Shown here in pieces: positions 40,016 through 53,608 of a stretch of DNA of 64,000 nt; position 1 is the stretch's first letter; each line of letters begins with the position of its first letter. The position numbers and the translations under genes are program-made. A model generated the notes under the pieces. The model worked only from the letters and a program-made list of their open reading frames with translations, did no database searches and was not told where the DNA came from. Source of the DNA: Paraspadella gotoi (lineage: Eukaryota > Animalia > Chaetognatha); NCBI GenBank assembly GCA_051294375.1, contig CM119267.1, positions 7,075,205 to 7,139,204 on the forward strand, given 5' to 3'.

Positions 40016-40867
40016 AGAAGTAATTTCAGAATTCACCTAAGTGAGAGTGTGAAAGTGAAAAATAAATCAAAATCGGGCGAGAGAACGTTCACTGATGTGA
40101 GGCGAAAGAGAGGCGAAAGTGAGCAGAAAGTAAAGTGAACGCTAATGAAGAAATGGAAACTGCAGGAAGTATATTTAGGGAAAACCAATACATTCGCCCA
40201 CGTGTGAGGTTGTAAACTGAAAGAAAAAAAAATATCCATATCCACCGGTCAAAGCGCTGAAGAAGGCTCGAAAATCAAAATTCAAAACGTAACGCAACGA
40301 AAGGCATATACCATGGCAAATTAAAATCAAAATTAAAATTACTTTAAATTATTTTGTGGTTCTTTTGCATTCCCCTCCCCTCCTTTGCTCACTTCGCTCT
40401 TTCACTCGCGTTTTCGAAAAGTTTCACGCTTTTTAAATTCCAATCAATTAATCAATTGTCAAAAAAATATCCATGCGCGTACTATTTTAAGAAAAACAGC
40501 GGACGTTAATAATCAATCGGAAGTGAAAAGCCAAAAAGTCAAGAACCGGAAGTGAACAACTCGTCTCGGGCGAGATTCCTCCCAATCCGTCGACGAGAAT
40601 AAGAATGTGTTTGACAACGAGTCGTGGACGGTGGGAATAAATCCCCGGGTAATTGGGATGAATGTCGTCGTCGTCGTCGTCGTCGTCGCGTTCGTATGAG
40701 AGCTGATACTAAATATTTTGCTCCTGCCGTGAATATCATTTTGTTATTCTTATATTCTCTCATAAAAGAAGAGAATACAAGAATTTAAATAAACGTAAAG
40801 AGAAGTTTATTTGTTTGATTTCAATCAGCGAAAAAAGAGGCGCTTCGCTTCCGAGAAACAAAAGATA

Positions 40868-40931
<64 letters not shown>

Positions 40932-40941
40932 AAATAAATAA

Positions 40942-41040
<99 letters not shown>

Positions 41041-41041
41041 A
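40868..41041. repeat. (TAAA)n microsatellite
   Basis: Direct observation. Confidence 0.98.
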
Positions 41042-41799
41042 TTAAAAAAAAGGGAGTTAGGTTGATTCGGTGAGAAATTGAATAGCAGGCGGGTCGAGTC
41101 GTTGGCAAACTGTCGGCTGCGTCGTCGGCTGCGGCGTCGGCTGCGGCAGCGGTGAAGGGAAAATCTTGTCAGTTGTTCGCGTGAGACTTATCACTCGGTG
41201 AGAATTGCGAAAGATCGGAGATTCGTTCTTCCCAACTGACCCTTTTTTCTGTTGACGATGGTATCCATGATAACCATGGTAACCATGGTAAAAGTTATTG
41301 TTGTAAGTTCTCAAACCAAATTGGAAAACCTCGCGCAATAAACTGGGTGTACTTAGCGATAGCCAGCGTGTCGCGAGAGTTATGTTATCGACAGACATTA
41401 ACATTTACTAGACTTTAGAGAGAAAACACGAGCAAACGGGACGACCCGCTTGACCATCATTTCGGTACTTGGCGTTCAACGGTCAATGAACTTGCTCGCT
41501 GCAACGCATTTCGCAATAATAATGACTTATTAGAAAAGTTAGGGAAACGTTAACTCTCTGTTTTTACTTCTTCCAAACAAAAAAAAAAAAAAAAAACAAG
41601 AACAAGGTGTTGTGCCGAAATGATTGTTTTAATATTATATATGAATATATAATATAATATATATTTCCCGATGATCACGCGTCTGCCCAAGTATGAAACT
41701 TAGTACGTTCCAGCAGCATTTACTGATACCCTACCAGTCTATCAAGTACTAACTAAAATGAAACAGCATTTCATAAATTACACCGCATTAAATTTATGA

Positions 41800-41918
41800 A
41801 GCAAAAGTGGGACAGATTGATGGACAGATTGATGGACAGATTTACTTACCGACCGACCAAAAAATGACTTATAGAGCTGCTCCGCGAGTACCACTCGAGG
41901 CTCAACTAAAAAAAAAAA
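41800..41918 (-). mobile_element. Possible 5' end of a second HINE-like family
   Basis: Minus strand reads TTTTTAGTTGAGC-CTCGAGTGGTACTCGCG-GAGCAGCTCTATAA followed by GTCG/GTCC repeats, the same layout as the 46061 element. Confidence 0.4.
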
Positions 41919-42099
41919 ACATGGTTTTCTTATCACCAAAGAATTATTTGTGGAAATGCCCTTGGCGAAGCGAAGAAAAAACCTCGAGGATATTTTTGGG
42001 TTGAACTCGACTGCTCGAGCATTTGTACGTGGGTTGAGTAATGGGTCTGTGGACGGTTGGAAGACTCAAACAAATTAGCGGGAGAAGGAAAAAAAGGAG

Positions 42100-42160
<61 letters not shown>

Positions 42161-42444
42161 AGAAACTTACTTTTGGGACTAAGCTTGTCGTTTCATACTT
42201 AAAGGTTGAACCAAAAGTAGTTTGCAACGTTCTAGATTTTTCTTTTTCTTCTGTTTTAGCCTATCGCCTCTGTGATCCGCTCCTCGGGTCCAAGGGTCAT
42301 CGGATTACCGGGTCACCGGGTCATCGGGTGACCGGTCAGCGGGATCGAGAACCCGGGCTCGCGATATTTAGCTATTCATGGGGTCTTTAGATGTCAACGA
42401 TTTCGGGAGGAGCGAGAAAAAAGAAACGTGTAAGTTTCCTGGTG

Positions 42445-42541
<97 letters not shown>

Positions 42542-42978
42542 ACTCACTCACTCACTCTTTTTGATATGTATCTATCTTTGTCCAGGTATTTATATCTTTC
42601 TATATCAATCTGCATATTTATCGAGACCTATCTTTTTCTATCTATTTCTATCTTCTTGGTAACAAAAATCGATGTCAGGCAGCCTCGAACCCGGAACCTG
42701 TTGAATTCAACTTATTTGCCCTTCGAACGATGGAAAGAACATGGTAGGGGTGAAAGGCGACGCTTCGAATCGGAGCCAATCGGTAAAAGCAGCTGCCTCC
42801 GCCGCTGCTTTCGCGTGGACCTCAGTTGCAGCAGCAGCCGCGATGACCAAAGGTGTCTTGCGGCGCAGTTGCGCGTCGCTGGACACAGCGGCGAATGGTC
42901 ATTTCAGAAAATTGGGTCAGCGAAGGTCAACTGGGAGGTCGACCCACCGAGTGGAGGGAAAAAAGGAGATGGAAATTT

Positions 42979-43038
<60 letters not shown>

Positions 43039-43214
43039 TGATTCAAAGTGAAACGGTTGTCTAACAATGGATTAAGTGAAAAGTGAAAAGAAAATTGGAA
43101 TTTTGATTCATGAAATGGGGAGCTCAGGAAGGAGGTAAAAGGAGAAAGGAAAGTGGAAAAAAGGAGGGAAGAGAAGATAAGCTTGAAGGTCAAGTGAAGA
43201 AAATAAAAAAAGAA

Positions 43215-43585
43215 AGAAAAAAGAAAAGAAAAGAAAAGAAAAGAAAAGAAAAGAAAAGAAAAGAAAAGAAAAGAAAAGAGAAGCTTGAAGGCATTGAAGG
43301 CCTCAGAGGTTAAAAGAAAAGAAAAGAAAACAAAAGAAAACAAAAGAAAAGAAAAAAAAAGAAAAGAAAAGAGAAGAGAAGAGAAGAGAAGAGAAGAAAA
43401 GAGAAGCTTGAAGGCATTGAAGGCCTCAGATGTTAAAAGAAAAGAAAAGAAAAGAAAGAAAAAAGAAAAGAAAAGAAAAGAAAAGAAAGAAAAGAAAAGC
43501 TTGAAGGCATTGAAGGCCTCAGAGGTTAAAAGAAAAGAAAAGAAAAGAAAAGAAAAAAGGCATTGAAGGCCTCAGAGGTTAAAAG
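43215..43585. repeat. Compound repeat: (GAAAA)n interspersed with 4 copies of (AGCTTGA)AGGCATTGAAGGCCTCAGAGGTTAAAAG
   Basis: Direct observation. Confidence 0.9.
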
Positions 43586-43857
43586 GAGATTAAAACCTTT
43601 TTTAAAAAAAAAGTTGTGAAGCGAATTAGGGACAAAAAAATGAGTGAAGTGACGAAGTCAAGAAGATGAGAGGAGAAGAAAATGGAAACGGAAAAAATAA
43701 ATTAATAGAAAGAGATCGTATTTGACATCCAGTGGGTTGTACTTTGTACAATGTATAAATATTAACATTTCGGACTTATTTGTTGGTAGAATAAAAGTTT
43801 TACAGCCAGTCATGGTTAACAAAATTAGTTAAGATCGTTTAATTAACATCGGTTCAT

Positions 43858-44105
43858 CCAATGTGTTGCGCCGCAGTGCCTTTATTTTCACGTGTATTTC
43901 TCGTGACATGACATAACATGACGTGAGATGACCTGACGCGACATGACATGACTACATGACTACTAAAACTAAAATTTACGACACGCACTGCATCGGAATT
44001 TTCCGTCTTTTATTGTTCATAGTTTTATGATTTCCTGAAGGTGGCGCTAGCAGTCCCTTAGATTTGAGTTTTTTTTCTGTCTTAACAAATGAACAACCAA
44101 CTATA
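43858..44105 (+). repeat. Dispersed repeat with (CATGA)n, copy 2
   Basis: Aligns with 31999-32211. Confidence 0.8.
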
Positions 44106-44569
44106 TAGGTGAATTAGCAAGCTCGATGCTGATAAAATATCTAGTCATGGTATACGATGAAGAGTCAACCCGCGAATGACGAAATACGACCCCTCGATTA
44201 AAAATCATGAAAATTAAAATAAAATAAAAAAATTACTTGAAATTATTTTATTGTTCTACTGCATTCCCCTACCCTCTTTTACCCCCTTCGCTCCTTCACT
44301 CGCCTTTTCACAAAGTTTCACTCTTTTTTCAATTCCCATCAATTAATCAATTGCTCCTTTCCATAATTCCATTCACACAAACTCCAGCTTTTTTCTTTGC
44401 TCTTCCATTTTCTCACCCTCCTCAAAAACCTTGAAGCATTCTGTATCACACCCTCACAATTAAACATATCTTCACTCGTCCTCTTTTTTTTACCAAGATC
44501 CATTCTTTCTCCCTCTCAGTCGCTCTCCTGCCCGCTCCTTTGCTCTCCCTCTCATCCAACCCATCCTTT

Positions 44570-44995
44570 TTTTTTAAGCTTGCCCCTTAGTCCTCCCCCT
44601 GCCCGCACTTTCCCGCCCCTTTGGCCTCCTCCTCACCCCACCCATCCACCTTTTAAAAACTCGCCCCTTGTCCTCCCCCCTGCCCGCACTTTCCCGCCCC
44701 TCTGCCCTCCCTCTTACCTCACCCATCCTCCTTTTTTAAGCTATCCCCTTAGTCCCTCCCACCTGCCCGCACTTTTTCCGCCCCTCTGCCCTCCTCTTAC
44801 CTCACCCATCCTCCTTTTTTTAAGCTTGCCCCTTAGTCCTCCCCCCTGCCCCGCACTTTCCCGCTCATTTGCCCTTCTCTCTCCCTACCCATCCACCTTT
44901 TTAAAACTCGCCCCTTTGTCCTCCCCCCTGCCCGCACTTTCCCGCCCCTTTGCCCATCCTCTCACCACACCCATCCTCCTCGCCCCTTAGTCCTT
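44570..44995. repeat. C-rich ~82-bp minisatellite, ~5 copies
   Basis: CCCTTAGTCCTCCCCCTGCCCGCACTTTCCCGCCCC recurs near 44584, 44665, 44746, 44830 and 44912. Confidence 0.9.
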
Positions 44996-45210
44996 TCACT
45001 CGCCACCCCCCCTCATCCCGCCATTTTTCCCCCAGCCTCGGCCCGCGCCTCCCGCGGGACGAAAGCGAAAAAAGAGAAGATGAGAACGTCAACCGGAAAT
45101 AATTTACGGCCGATGAGAAATTTTCGATTAGAGCGAAAAAAAAATGGAGAGAGGAAGAAGAGAGGGAGGAGGAAGAAAGAAGAGGAGGGGAAGTGATGAG
45201 AGGAGAAGAA

Positions 45211-45268
<58 letters not shown>

Positions 45269-45303
45269 AGAAAGAGAGAAGAGTAGAGAGAGAGACGAGA
45301 GAG

Positions 45304-45338
<35 letters not shown>

Positions 45339-45339
45339 A

Positions 45340-46064
45340 GCGAAAGATCGGATAATGGGATCAGTAAAATAGAAAAATGATTGAACGCGACTCAAGACGA
45401 CAGCAAAGTTAAGCGCTGTCGTCAGATAATCAATAACAGCAACTGCGGCGAAAAAAACAACTAATTTGTTGAGCCAGGTAGAGTATGAAAAAAAATAATA
45501 ATTGTATAATAATTGAAAAAAACGAAAATTCTAAAAAGTTAGTAGTCTTAAATTCAAGCTCGTTTTTTGTAGATACTGATAGACATATGTATATATATAT
45601 ATACATACTGTAAACTTACTCACATAGCGCTCTGTGGGAGACTAATGTAATATGCTTTTCTCAATAACTGATCCCTGCCGTCTTCACTTATAAATCTCTT
45701 TGAATAAGGCTCGCCTCGTCCTAAGTGCGACTTAGACTCGGAGACACTTCTCTCTCCGCAACATCTCTTCTCTATGTTTAGTAACATTGTTACCCATTTA
45801 ATTTTTTGTTATTTTTTCAGTATCTAAATTTGGTCCTACTTACTCAACGATGTTGAAAAACAACAACTTATCGTCAGCGTTCAACCTTAAACGCAAACTC
45901 TGCCAAAAAAACAAACAATTTTCGTCGTACGTCTTCTCGAGACGTGTTCCTTTGTTTTGGTCGCCATCATTCAAAAGAAAAAAATGGCGGCGATGAAATA
46001 TTCAAATTTCTCTGAGACGAAAAACAAAAAGGATTCGACGACTAAGAATGGGATTTCTTTTTTT
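45340..46064 (+). repeat. Segment duplicated at 49050-49786 (probable uncollapsed haplotype)
   Basis: Near-identical, differing mostly in homopolymer lengths. The copies are joined by a short N gap at 49012-49036. Confidence 0.9.
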
Positions 46065-47718
46065 AGTCGGATCTGCTTTATCAGCAGATCCCGACTCTAT
46101 AACTCACTTTTTATAACTCACTTTTTCGGTCCGTCGGTCCGCCCCCCAATATCGTCGGCACACACTTATATATGTCAGAACATCGAATTATGATAAATTA
46201 TGCAAAAAAAATGATGTCCGTCCGTCCGTCTGTCTGTCCGTCCGTCCGTCCGTCGTCCGTCCGTCCGTCCGTCCGTCCGTCCGCCACCTTAGCAAGAAAA
46301 ACACCAATTACTCGTGATTGGATGGATGGATTTAAATGAAATTTTGTGTGTGGATAAGGTAAGTGTGTGATTGAGCTGGATATTAAGTTTCGATGGAATC
46401 GTCGAGGTGGAAATGAGTTTAAATGGAAAACAAAAAAAATATATTCACTATTTGAAACACCAATTGCTCATGAGTGGATGGGCTGATTGACTGGAATTTT
46501 GGTATGTGGGTAGGAAAGTGTTGATTGAACAGGAAATCAAGTTTCGATGGAATAGTTTGAGTGGAATGAGTTTAAATGGAAAAAAACAAAAAAACCTGTT
46601 TTTACTAATGATTATGGCTTCTTTTTCCTTTTATATTAAATGTATCTGGCAGGATGTATTAATAAATCAAATAATTAATCAGTTATTAATCAATTAGTAA
46701 ATAAATTAATCAATAATTAATTAATAGTCAATCAATACCGTCCATCCGTTCCCATCTTAGCAAAAAAGCTCCAATAACTCGTGATTGGCTGGTTGGATTG
46801 GAATTAAATTTTGTGTGTGTAGGAAAGATGTGTGATAAAGCTGGATATAAAATTTCGATGGAATCGTGGTGAGTGGAAATTAGTTTAAATGGAAAAAACC
46901 TAGTCGAATTACTAAAAACTTTTTACTTATTTTAACCAATAATACTCCAATTAAATCATAATTGGATGGATAGATTGAGTTGAAATTTTTGTGTGTGGTA
47001 GGAAAACGTATGACGAAGCTTGATATAAAGTTCAGTGGAAACAGTAACCAGTGGGAAATGAGTTAAATGAAAAAATATGAGTCACATTTACTTGAATCTT
47101 TTTTTTATTTTTAACCCATGATAGATTGAGATGAAATTTTGTGAGCCGGTAGGAAAGTGAGTGAAGAAGCTAGATATAAAGTTTTTGACGGAATGCAAGT
47201 TGAAAAAAATGATGCAAGTTGAAAAAATGATGCAAGTTAAAAAAATCTTAAAAGCATAAGGATCGTCGCTATTGCATAAAAAGAGAGAGAGAGAGAGAGA
47301 AGAGAGAGTGAGAGAGAAGAGAGAGAGAGTGAAGAGGAAAGAGAGAGAGTAAGAGAGAGAGAGAGACAGAGACATAAAATAAAAAAATCTTAAAGACTCA
47401 AGATCGAGCCCAGAGCCCACTATCATAGAAAATTAATGAAAAAACCCGGGAAAAAACGAATGAATCATGCGGATAACGAATTGTTGATGTACTAGTAATT
47501 GATTGAGGTAATACTAATTGATTGATGTAATAGTAATTATTATGTAATAGGAAATGATTATTGATTCGATGATAATCAACTTATTGATGGCGATGATAGT
47601 CATTCACTGCTGTGATGATAGTCATTCAGTTATGCGATGATTGTCATTCATTGATTCGATGATTTCATTCATTGATGCGATGATAGTCAATAAAACAACA
47701 AATGCGTGTATGAGTGAA

Positions 47719-47757
<39 letters not shown>

Positions 47758-47763
47758 AAAGAA

Positions 47764-47801
<38 letters not shown>

Positions 47802-48252
47802 GATAGAAAGAAAGAGAATAAATCACGAAAATCTCGGATGAAAAATATGGATTTGTATGAAAAAAGCGCGGAATAAATGGCAAAATAAAAGTTTTTAGAA
47901 GGAAAAAAATAATCAGAATTTTTCAAAAAACCAAACGATCACGCCAAAAGATCGACAGATAGGGAAGACCACACACAGAAGAGACAGAGAGGACAGAGAG
48001 GAGAGAGAGAAAAAGAGAGAGAGACAGCCGCTGCAGAGAAAAAGAGAAGAGAAAGAGCGAATATATAATAATTAAAAGAGAGAAGAGAGAGAAGCTATAC
48101 AGCCCCTTTACTCGTTAAAGAATCAGCAGTACTTATAGCGCCGCACGTAGGGTGAGCTATTCTCTACCCAAAGGACCCGGGTTCGCGCCCTGTTCGCGGG
48201 CATCGTTTTTTACCATAGTGAACCCACATATTTATCTAAAAAATTTTTTGGT

Positions 48253-48314
<62 letters not shown>

Positions 48315-48857
48315 AGCTGGACAGACCTGCAGAGCCGGAACTCGTTTTTAGAAGAAGCAGTGAGGAGAAAAAGAGAGAGAGAGAGAGCGACATATAATTA
48401 AAAACGTTTTTGTTTTGTAAATAAAACATAAACAAATACCAATATTGATATGAAACATGAGAATTTTAAAAGAAGTCTTGATGGATAGAAGCCATATATG
48501 AAATTCACTCCCTATGATATCACACTTTCAAGAAGCCATGATTGCAAAAAATGCGAGACCAAAGCTAAACCGAAAAAAAATCTAGACAGGACGGGCTTTG
48601 CCCGCCTGGCTCGATAATAGAGGATATTTTTTTTTGTTTGTTTTGATAAAATGTAAACAAAACATTTAATAACTGTCCTGACTCAATTTAAGGACATCGA
48701 TGATGACAAGGCTGAATATAAATTATAATTAATCTATTAAATTAATTAATTAATTAATTATGCTATTAATTAATTAATTAATCTATTAATTATTAATTAA
48801 TCAATTAATTAATTAATTATCGTAGGCAGATCCGACATGTTTGCTCAAACTTGTTTT
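46061..48857 (+). mobile_element. HINE/DINE-1-like non-autonomous Helentron, copy 2 (complete ends)
   Basis: 5' subTIR GTCGGATCTGC (46066-46076) with adjacent inverted copy GCAGATCCCGAC (46084-46095). (GTCC/GTCT)n at ~46215-46283. 3' subTIR GCAGATCCGAC (48826-48836) plus stem-loop GTTTG-CT-CAAAC. Inserted in a T run without TSD. Confidence 0.85.
48102..48210 (+). mobile_element. Family A' copy lacking the twister module, nested in the HINE
   Basis: Shares the CCCCTTTACTCGT..AGAATCAGCAG leader, CCCAAAGGAC.CGGGTTCGCGCCCTG and the TCGCGG(G)CATCGT tail with the reverse complement of 21035-21220. Ends in TTTTT. Confidence 0.65.
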
Positions 48858-48897
48858 CTTTTCGTCACTTTTTGTTTTTGGCGAAGATTGGTGTCGA

Positions 48898-48972
<75 letters not shown>

Positions 48973-49011
48973 TTTATCCTTTCTCTTATTCCCTTTCTCT
49001 CTCTCTCTCTT

Positions 49012-49036
49012 NNNNNNNNNNNNNNNNNNNNNNNNN
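49012..49036. other. Assembly gap
   Basis: Run of N. Confidence 1.
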
Positions 49037-49827
49037 AGAGAGAGAGAGAGCGAAAGATCGGATAATGGGATCAGTAAAAATAGAAAAATGATTGAACGCG
49101 ACTCAAGACGACAGCAAAGTTAAGCGCTGTCGTCAATAATCAATAACAGCAACTGCGGCGAAAAAAAACAACTAATTTGTTGAGCCAGGTAGAGTATGAA
49201 AAAAAAATAATAATTTGTATTAATAATTGAAAAACGAAAAATTCTAAAAAGTTAGTAGTGGTCTTAAATTCAAGCTCGTTTTTTGTAGATACTGATAGAC
49301 ATATGTATATATATATATACATACTGTAAGACTTACTCACATACGCTCTGTGGGAGACTAATGTAATATGCTTTTCTCAATAACTGATCCCTGCCGTCTT
49401 CACTTATAAAATCTCCTTTGAATAAGGCTCGCCTCGTCCTAAGTGCGACTTAGACTCGGAGACACTTCTCTCTCCGCAACATCTCTTCTCTATGTTTAGT
49501 AAACATTGTTTACCCATTTAATTTTTTGTTATTTTTTCAGTATCTAAATTTGGTCCTACTTACTCAACGATGTTGAAAAACAACAACTTATCGTCAGCGT
49601 TCAACCTTAAACGCAAACTCTGCCAAAAAAACAACAATTTTCGTCGTCGTCTTCTCGAGACGTGTTCCTTTGTTTTGGTCGCCATCATTCAAAAAAAAAA
49701 ATGGCGGGCGATGAAATATTCAAATTTCTCTGAGACGAAAAACAAAAGGATTCGACGACTAAGAATGGGATTTCTTTTTTTTTTTTCTTTTTCGTCACTT
49801 TTTGTTTTGGCGAAGATTTGTGTCGAG

Positions 49828-49906
<79 letters not shown>

Positions 49907-50304
49907 TTCTTTTACTCTTTCTCTTATTCCCTTTCTCTCTCTCTCTCTTTTTGTTTCCCGAAACGTTTTTGTTTTTCATTGGATTTTTTGTTTCCTTTGT
50001 TCTCCTTTGCGACTGAAACGAAAGACGTAGATCGGTTAGAACCGATTCATTTTTAAAATTTATCGTTTAAACAATACATAAACAATTCGAACTTTTGGTG
50101 TCGTTTTAAATTTTGTGCGCGAGGTTAAATGATTTTAAGTTAAACAATTTACTACAGACATAATATGATTTTCAATTCAATGCTTTAATTCTTTTTGAAA
50201 TGAAAAATTATTAGGTTTAAGAGATAGCTCATGACAGCTCAGATAACATGTTGATGGTGTGACAGCAAGACTGAAAGCTGCCTTACTGCTGTCCGTCCTC
50301 AGCC

Positions 50305-50465
50305 TTGTCTCAATGGCTGAGCAGGCTTAGTCATCTCGTTACAACGGTTCGCCCCGGTTCAATCCCCGGCTATCATTATTCATGCCCATATAAGGAGGCG
50401 GTCACTGAGGGTCCCTACACCGGTGAAATGCCCCGCGCCCCTTGCCATAGTGTAATAAAAAACCA
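50305..50465 (+). mobile_element. tRNA-derived SINE-like element
   Basis: A-box-like TGGCTGAGCAGG, B-box GGTTCAATCCC, then an unrelated body and an A-rich end. Single copy in the window. Confidence 0.55.
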
Positions 50466-51292
50466 TTTAAATCCACTTTCATACTGAATTTTGACATTTT
50501 TTGGATATGGCTTTGCGATTTTTTCTGATGATTAACAGTGACGGTAAAGAAAGTCTTTTGTCCATCAGACAGCGAACGCGCTAAGTCTTTCACGCCTCCG
50601 CATTCGCCTCCTCCCACGATTTTTGTCTCTTGTCCGAGTTCGTCACTGACCAGCAATGGATGCGTCGATGCTCGCGCTGTCGCCCTGCTCATTTATCCGG
50701 CTCGGTATCGTCGGTTTGTTTGTTCCCGCGACTGTTAGGAAGCGACCCAAAGCTTCATCTTATAATCGGTTCATTGATGTTTTTTTTTATATTTACATCA
50801 ACTAATCCAGTAATGATACAGAATAATTGAACAAATTTATTAACAGGGAATTAAAATTAAAATGAAAAATAAATAATTTCGGTAGTCGAAATATTTTTTT
50901 CCCTTGACTGAAAATGAATGAAAATGTGTGAATTTTATTTAATTTAATTATGTTTAAAATATCTTTGAAGAGAAGAGAACTTATTAAAACCTTATAAAAA
51001 AACCTCTGATAATTACGAAGCAAAAAAAAAAACATAATATAAAGGGAAAGAGCAATGAGCAGAAGGGGAAAAAAAAACATATTTGTGACAACAACAACAA
51101 CAACAACAACAAAAAACCTTAATCCTTCAGTCTCCCTCTCCTCAGCCGGACCGCCGTTCGTCCCTTCCCCAGCGCCGCCCACCCCTCCCCCGGGGCTTCG
51201 ACGAAAAGCCTCGGAGAGGGCGACGAACGAACGACGGGTCAGGTTGCATGCTTTGCACAGAAGATCGGAGGAGACGTTGTAGAGGTCGTATA

Positions 51293-51407
<115 letters not shown>

Positions 51408-53116
51408 CAAAATCATTGAATGAATCCCTATTATGCAGAATTATGTCTTAGATTATGAACATGCCAATCTATTAATTTTATCTTTTCTCCTTAATCTTGT
51501 CCGTTGATTCATTCATTTTATTATATACGAGGATTTTCCACGAAATATTTACGCGGAATCGAGAGTTTTGAACGAGAGACAAGTTGAGATCATTTCCCGA
51601 AAGTCCTCGTTGCAAATATCGCTGCACGTATCGATCGTAATCCTGTCGATTTGAAAATTGAATTGAAAGTTGAAAATGACAAATATTATAAGTCTTGTAA
51701 GTATTATAAGTATATATTTAAAATTTTTCAATGGTTTGACAAACTAACAATTCGACTTTACCCTAATTATTCGCGTGATTATGTCTGAGGTTGAAACGTT
51801 GTCCGTCCTTTCTGTTGCCACAAAGCGACCTCCGTTTCGAAATATTAAATATTGATTAAATTTGATATATAACGATTTCATTTTTCTTTTATCGTGAATT
51901 TTTTTTTTAGTTACTATACAATTAATTAATCAATTTTGTTTAATCGAAATTGAATTTAAAAAAAAACCGGCAGGTTCCAGTGCAGTGACTTTTTTGTGGT
52001 TTATTACTTCTCTTTTCCATAAAACAACAAAATATGACACAAAATATGCACGAATGGGCACAAAGCACAAAGCACAACGCGTATCATAAAAGCACTAGGG
52101 CGCATTGATGTGTTTGCCCCATGTAGCAAGACAAAGGTCAAATCGCTTTTTCAAGTTTTCTGATTTTTTTAATTCTTTGAGTTTCTGGTTTTCCGCTTTG
52201 AACTTCACTTTCTGCTATCCAAAGCGGGTTTTGTCTATTGTAATTTTTATATAAGCGGGACAAAGTCAAGGGCTTCCTGCTTTGTAGCAGGTAGCAGGTG
52301 GCGTGAAAGTTAATCACGAAATTTTAAAAGGGTAGCGCAAGTCAGGTTTTGTTCAAAGAAATTCAAAAAATCCAGATTCTATCCCGCAGATTCTATACCC
52401 GACGAGTACTACCCGTGGATCTCATTGTATCTTATGGCAGATTCGAATTTCCTACAAATTAATTGGAATAAAAAACTATTATTCGAAAAAACTTATATTT
52501 TATACTAAAAATAAGTTTTTTTTAATTTTTGACCCACTTATTGAGGGAATGATATACTTTCTTATATCATGTCAAATTTTCATGATGAATTAAAAAGATG
52601 ATTATTTAAAAAATATGGTTATTAAAATTATAATATTTAGGATTTTCATGAAAATTTTTATTATACAGTACAATTATCACAAGTATCACTTTGACCTTAT
52701 AACCGGTCGGCCAAGTATTAATTAAAATGACTGAGTAATGTATACATGCACAGTAAAGTTCTAATCGTACCAAACTTTTCAATCAATTATGAACTTATTT
52801 CATGTATGATTCAAGTGAAATAGACCGAAAAGCAACCAAACGGATAGACACATAGACCGACATAAGGACTGACCGAAAAGTGATGTACAGATTTTTCTCT
52901 GGTCGTGCTCGCGGCGCGACTCTTTTTAAAAACAGCGACAAAAAAAAACAAAAACATAAAAAAACAATGATGCACCTCTCTCTCTAAAACGCGAGTAGAT
53001 ATCGTCAGATCCCGCCTCGACGAATGTCTGTAAATTCTTACAAGCTTTAAAGAAGGCTCGAATTGATTTCGAGATTGTTAATTGGTTTATAATGGTTATC
53101 GATTAATTGGAGATCG

Positions 53117-53345
53117 TGGATAAAGTGTTAAGTGGACTATAGACTGTGCTATCCACAACTTCCTGGTGCAGGCCCCCCAAAGCCGGTTTAAGGCCGTTCT
53201 CACGCTTCCCGCAGGAGATCCAATTTGGGGATCGCTCCCGGTACTTAATGGTCATGAGCAGATGGTAATACTCGATGAACCGATGGGTCACGACTGAAGG
53301 TGACAAGCCTATAGGCGGAGTGAACATATTGCAATGCCCGACTAC
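53117..53345 (-). mobile_element. Family B (tRNA-Met-like head) copy with internal deletion of most of the twister
   Basis: Reverse complement aligns with 57985-58213 and with 63781-64000. Retains GCGGG-AAG-CGT-GA-GAA-CGGCCT-TAA-ACC. Confidence 0.7.
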
Positions 53346-53512
53346 AAAATGACGTTTTATGATACATTTGTACGATATTTCCAAGCCGGCCCTTTGGCCG
53401 TTCGCACCACGTAGGGCAAATTGTCATGGGCGACGAAATCGATTTTGTTCTCTATCAAAAACTCGTCGCTGGGAGTCCAAGGAGCTGATAGAAGGAATGA
53501 AATAGACCACTA

Positions 53513-53608
53513 TTTTTAGTCGGATCTGCTTATCAGCAGATCCCGACTCTATAATTCACTTTGTCGGTCCGTCGTCGCCGTCATCGTCGTGTCAGAGCGC
53601 GACATCTC
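53513..53608 (+). mobile_element. 5' fragment of the HINE family
   Basis: TTTTTAGTCGGATCTGCTTATCAGCAGATCCCGACTCTATAA, matching 46061-46101. Confidence 0.85.

Noticed and set aside
44155-44195. ATGAAGA-GTCA...TGAC-GAAA hammerhead-like string
   Set aside because: The core C is missing, there is no convincing stem I or cleavage triplet, and it is a single occurrence.
50395-50440. CTGAGGG...GAAA hammerhead-like string in the SINE body
   Set aside because: Core and stem II are both defective, so it cannot be supported from one copy.
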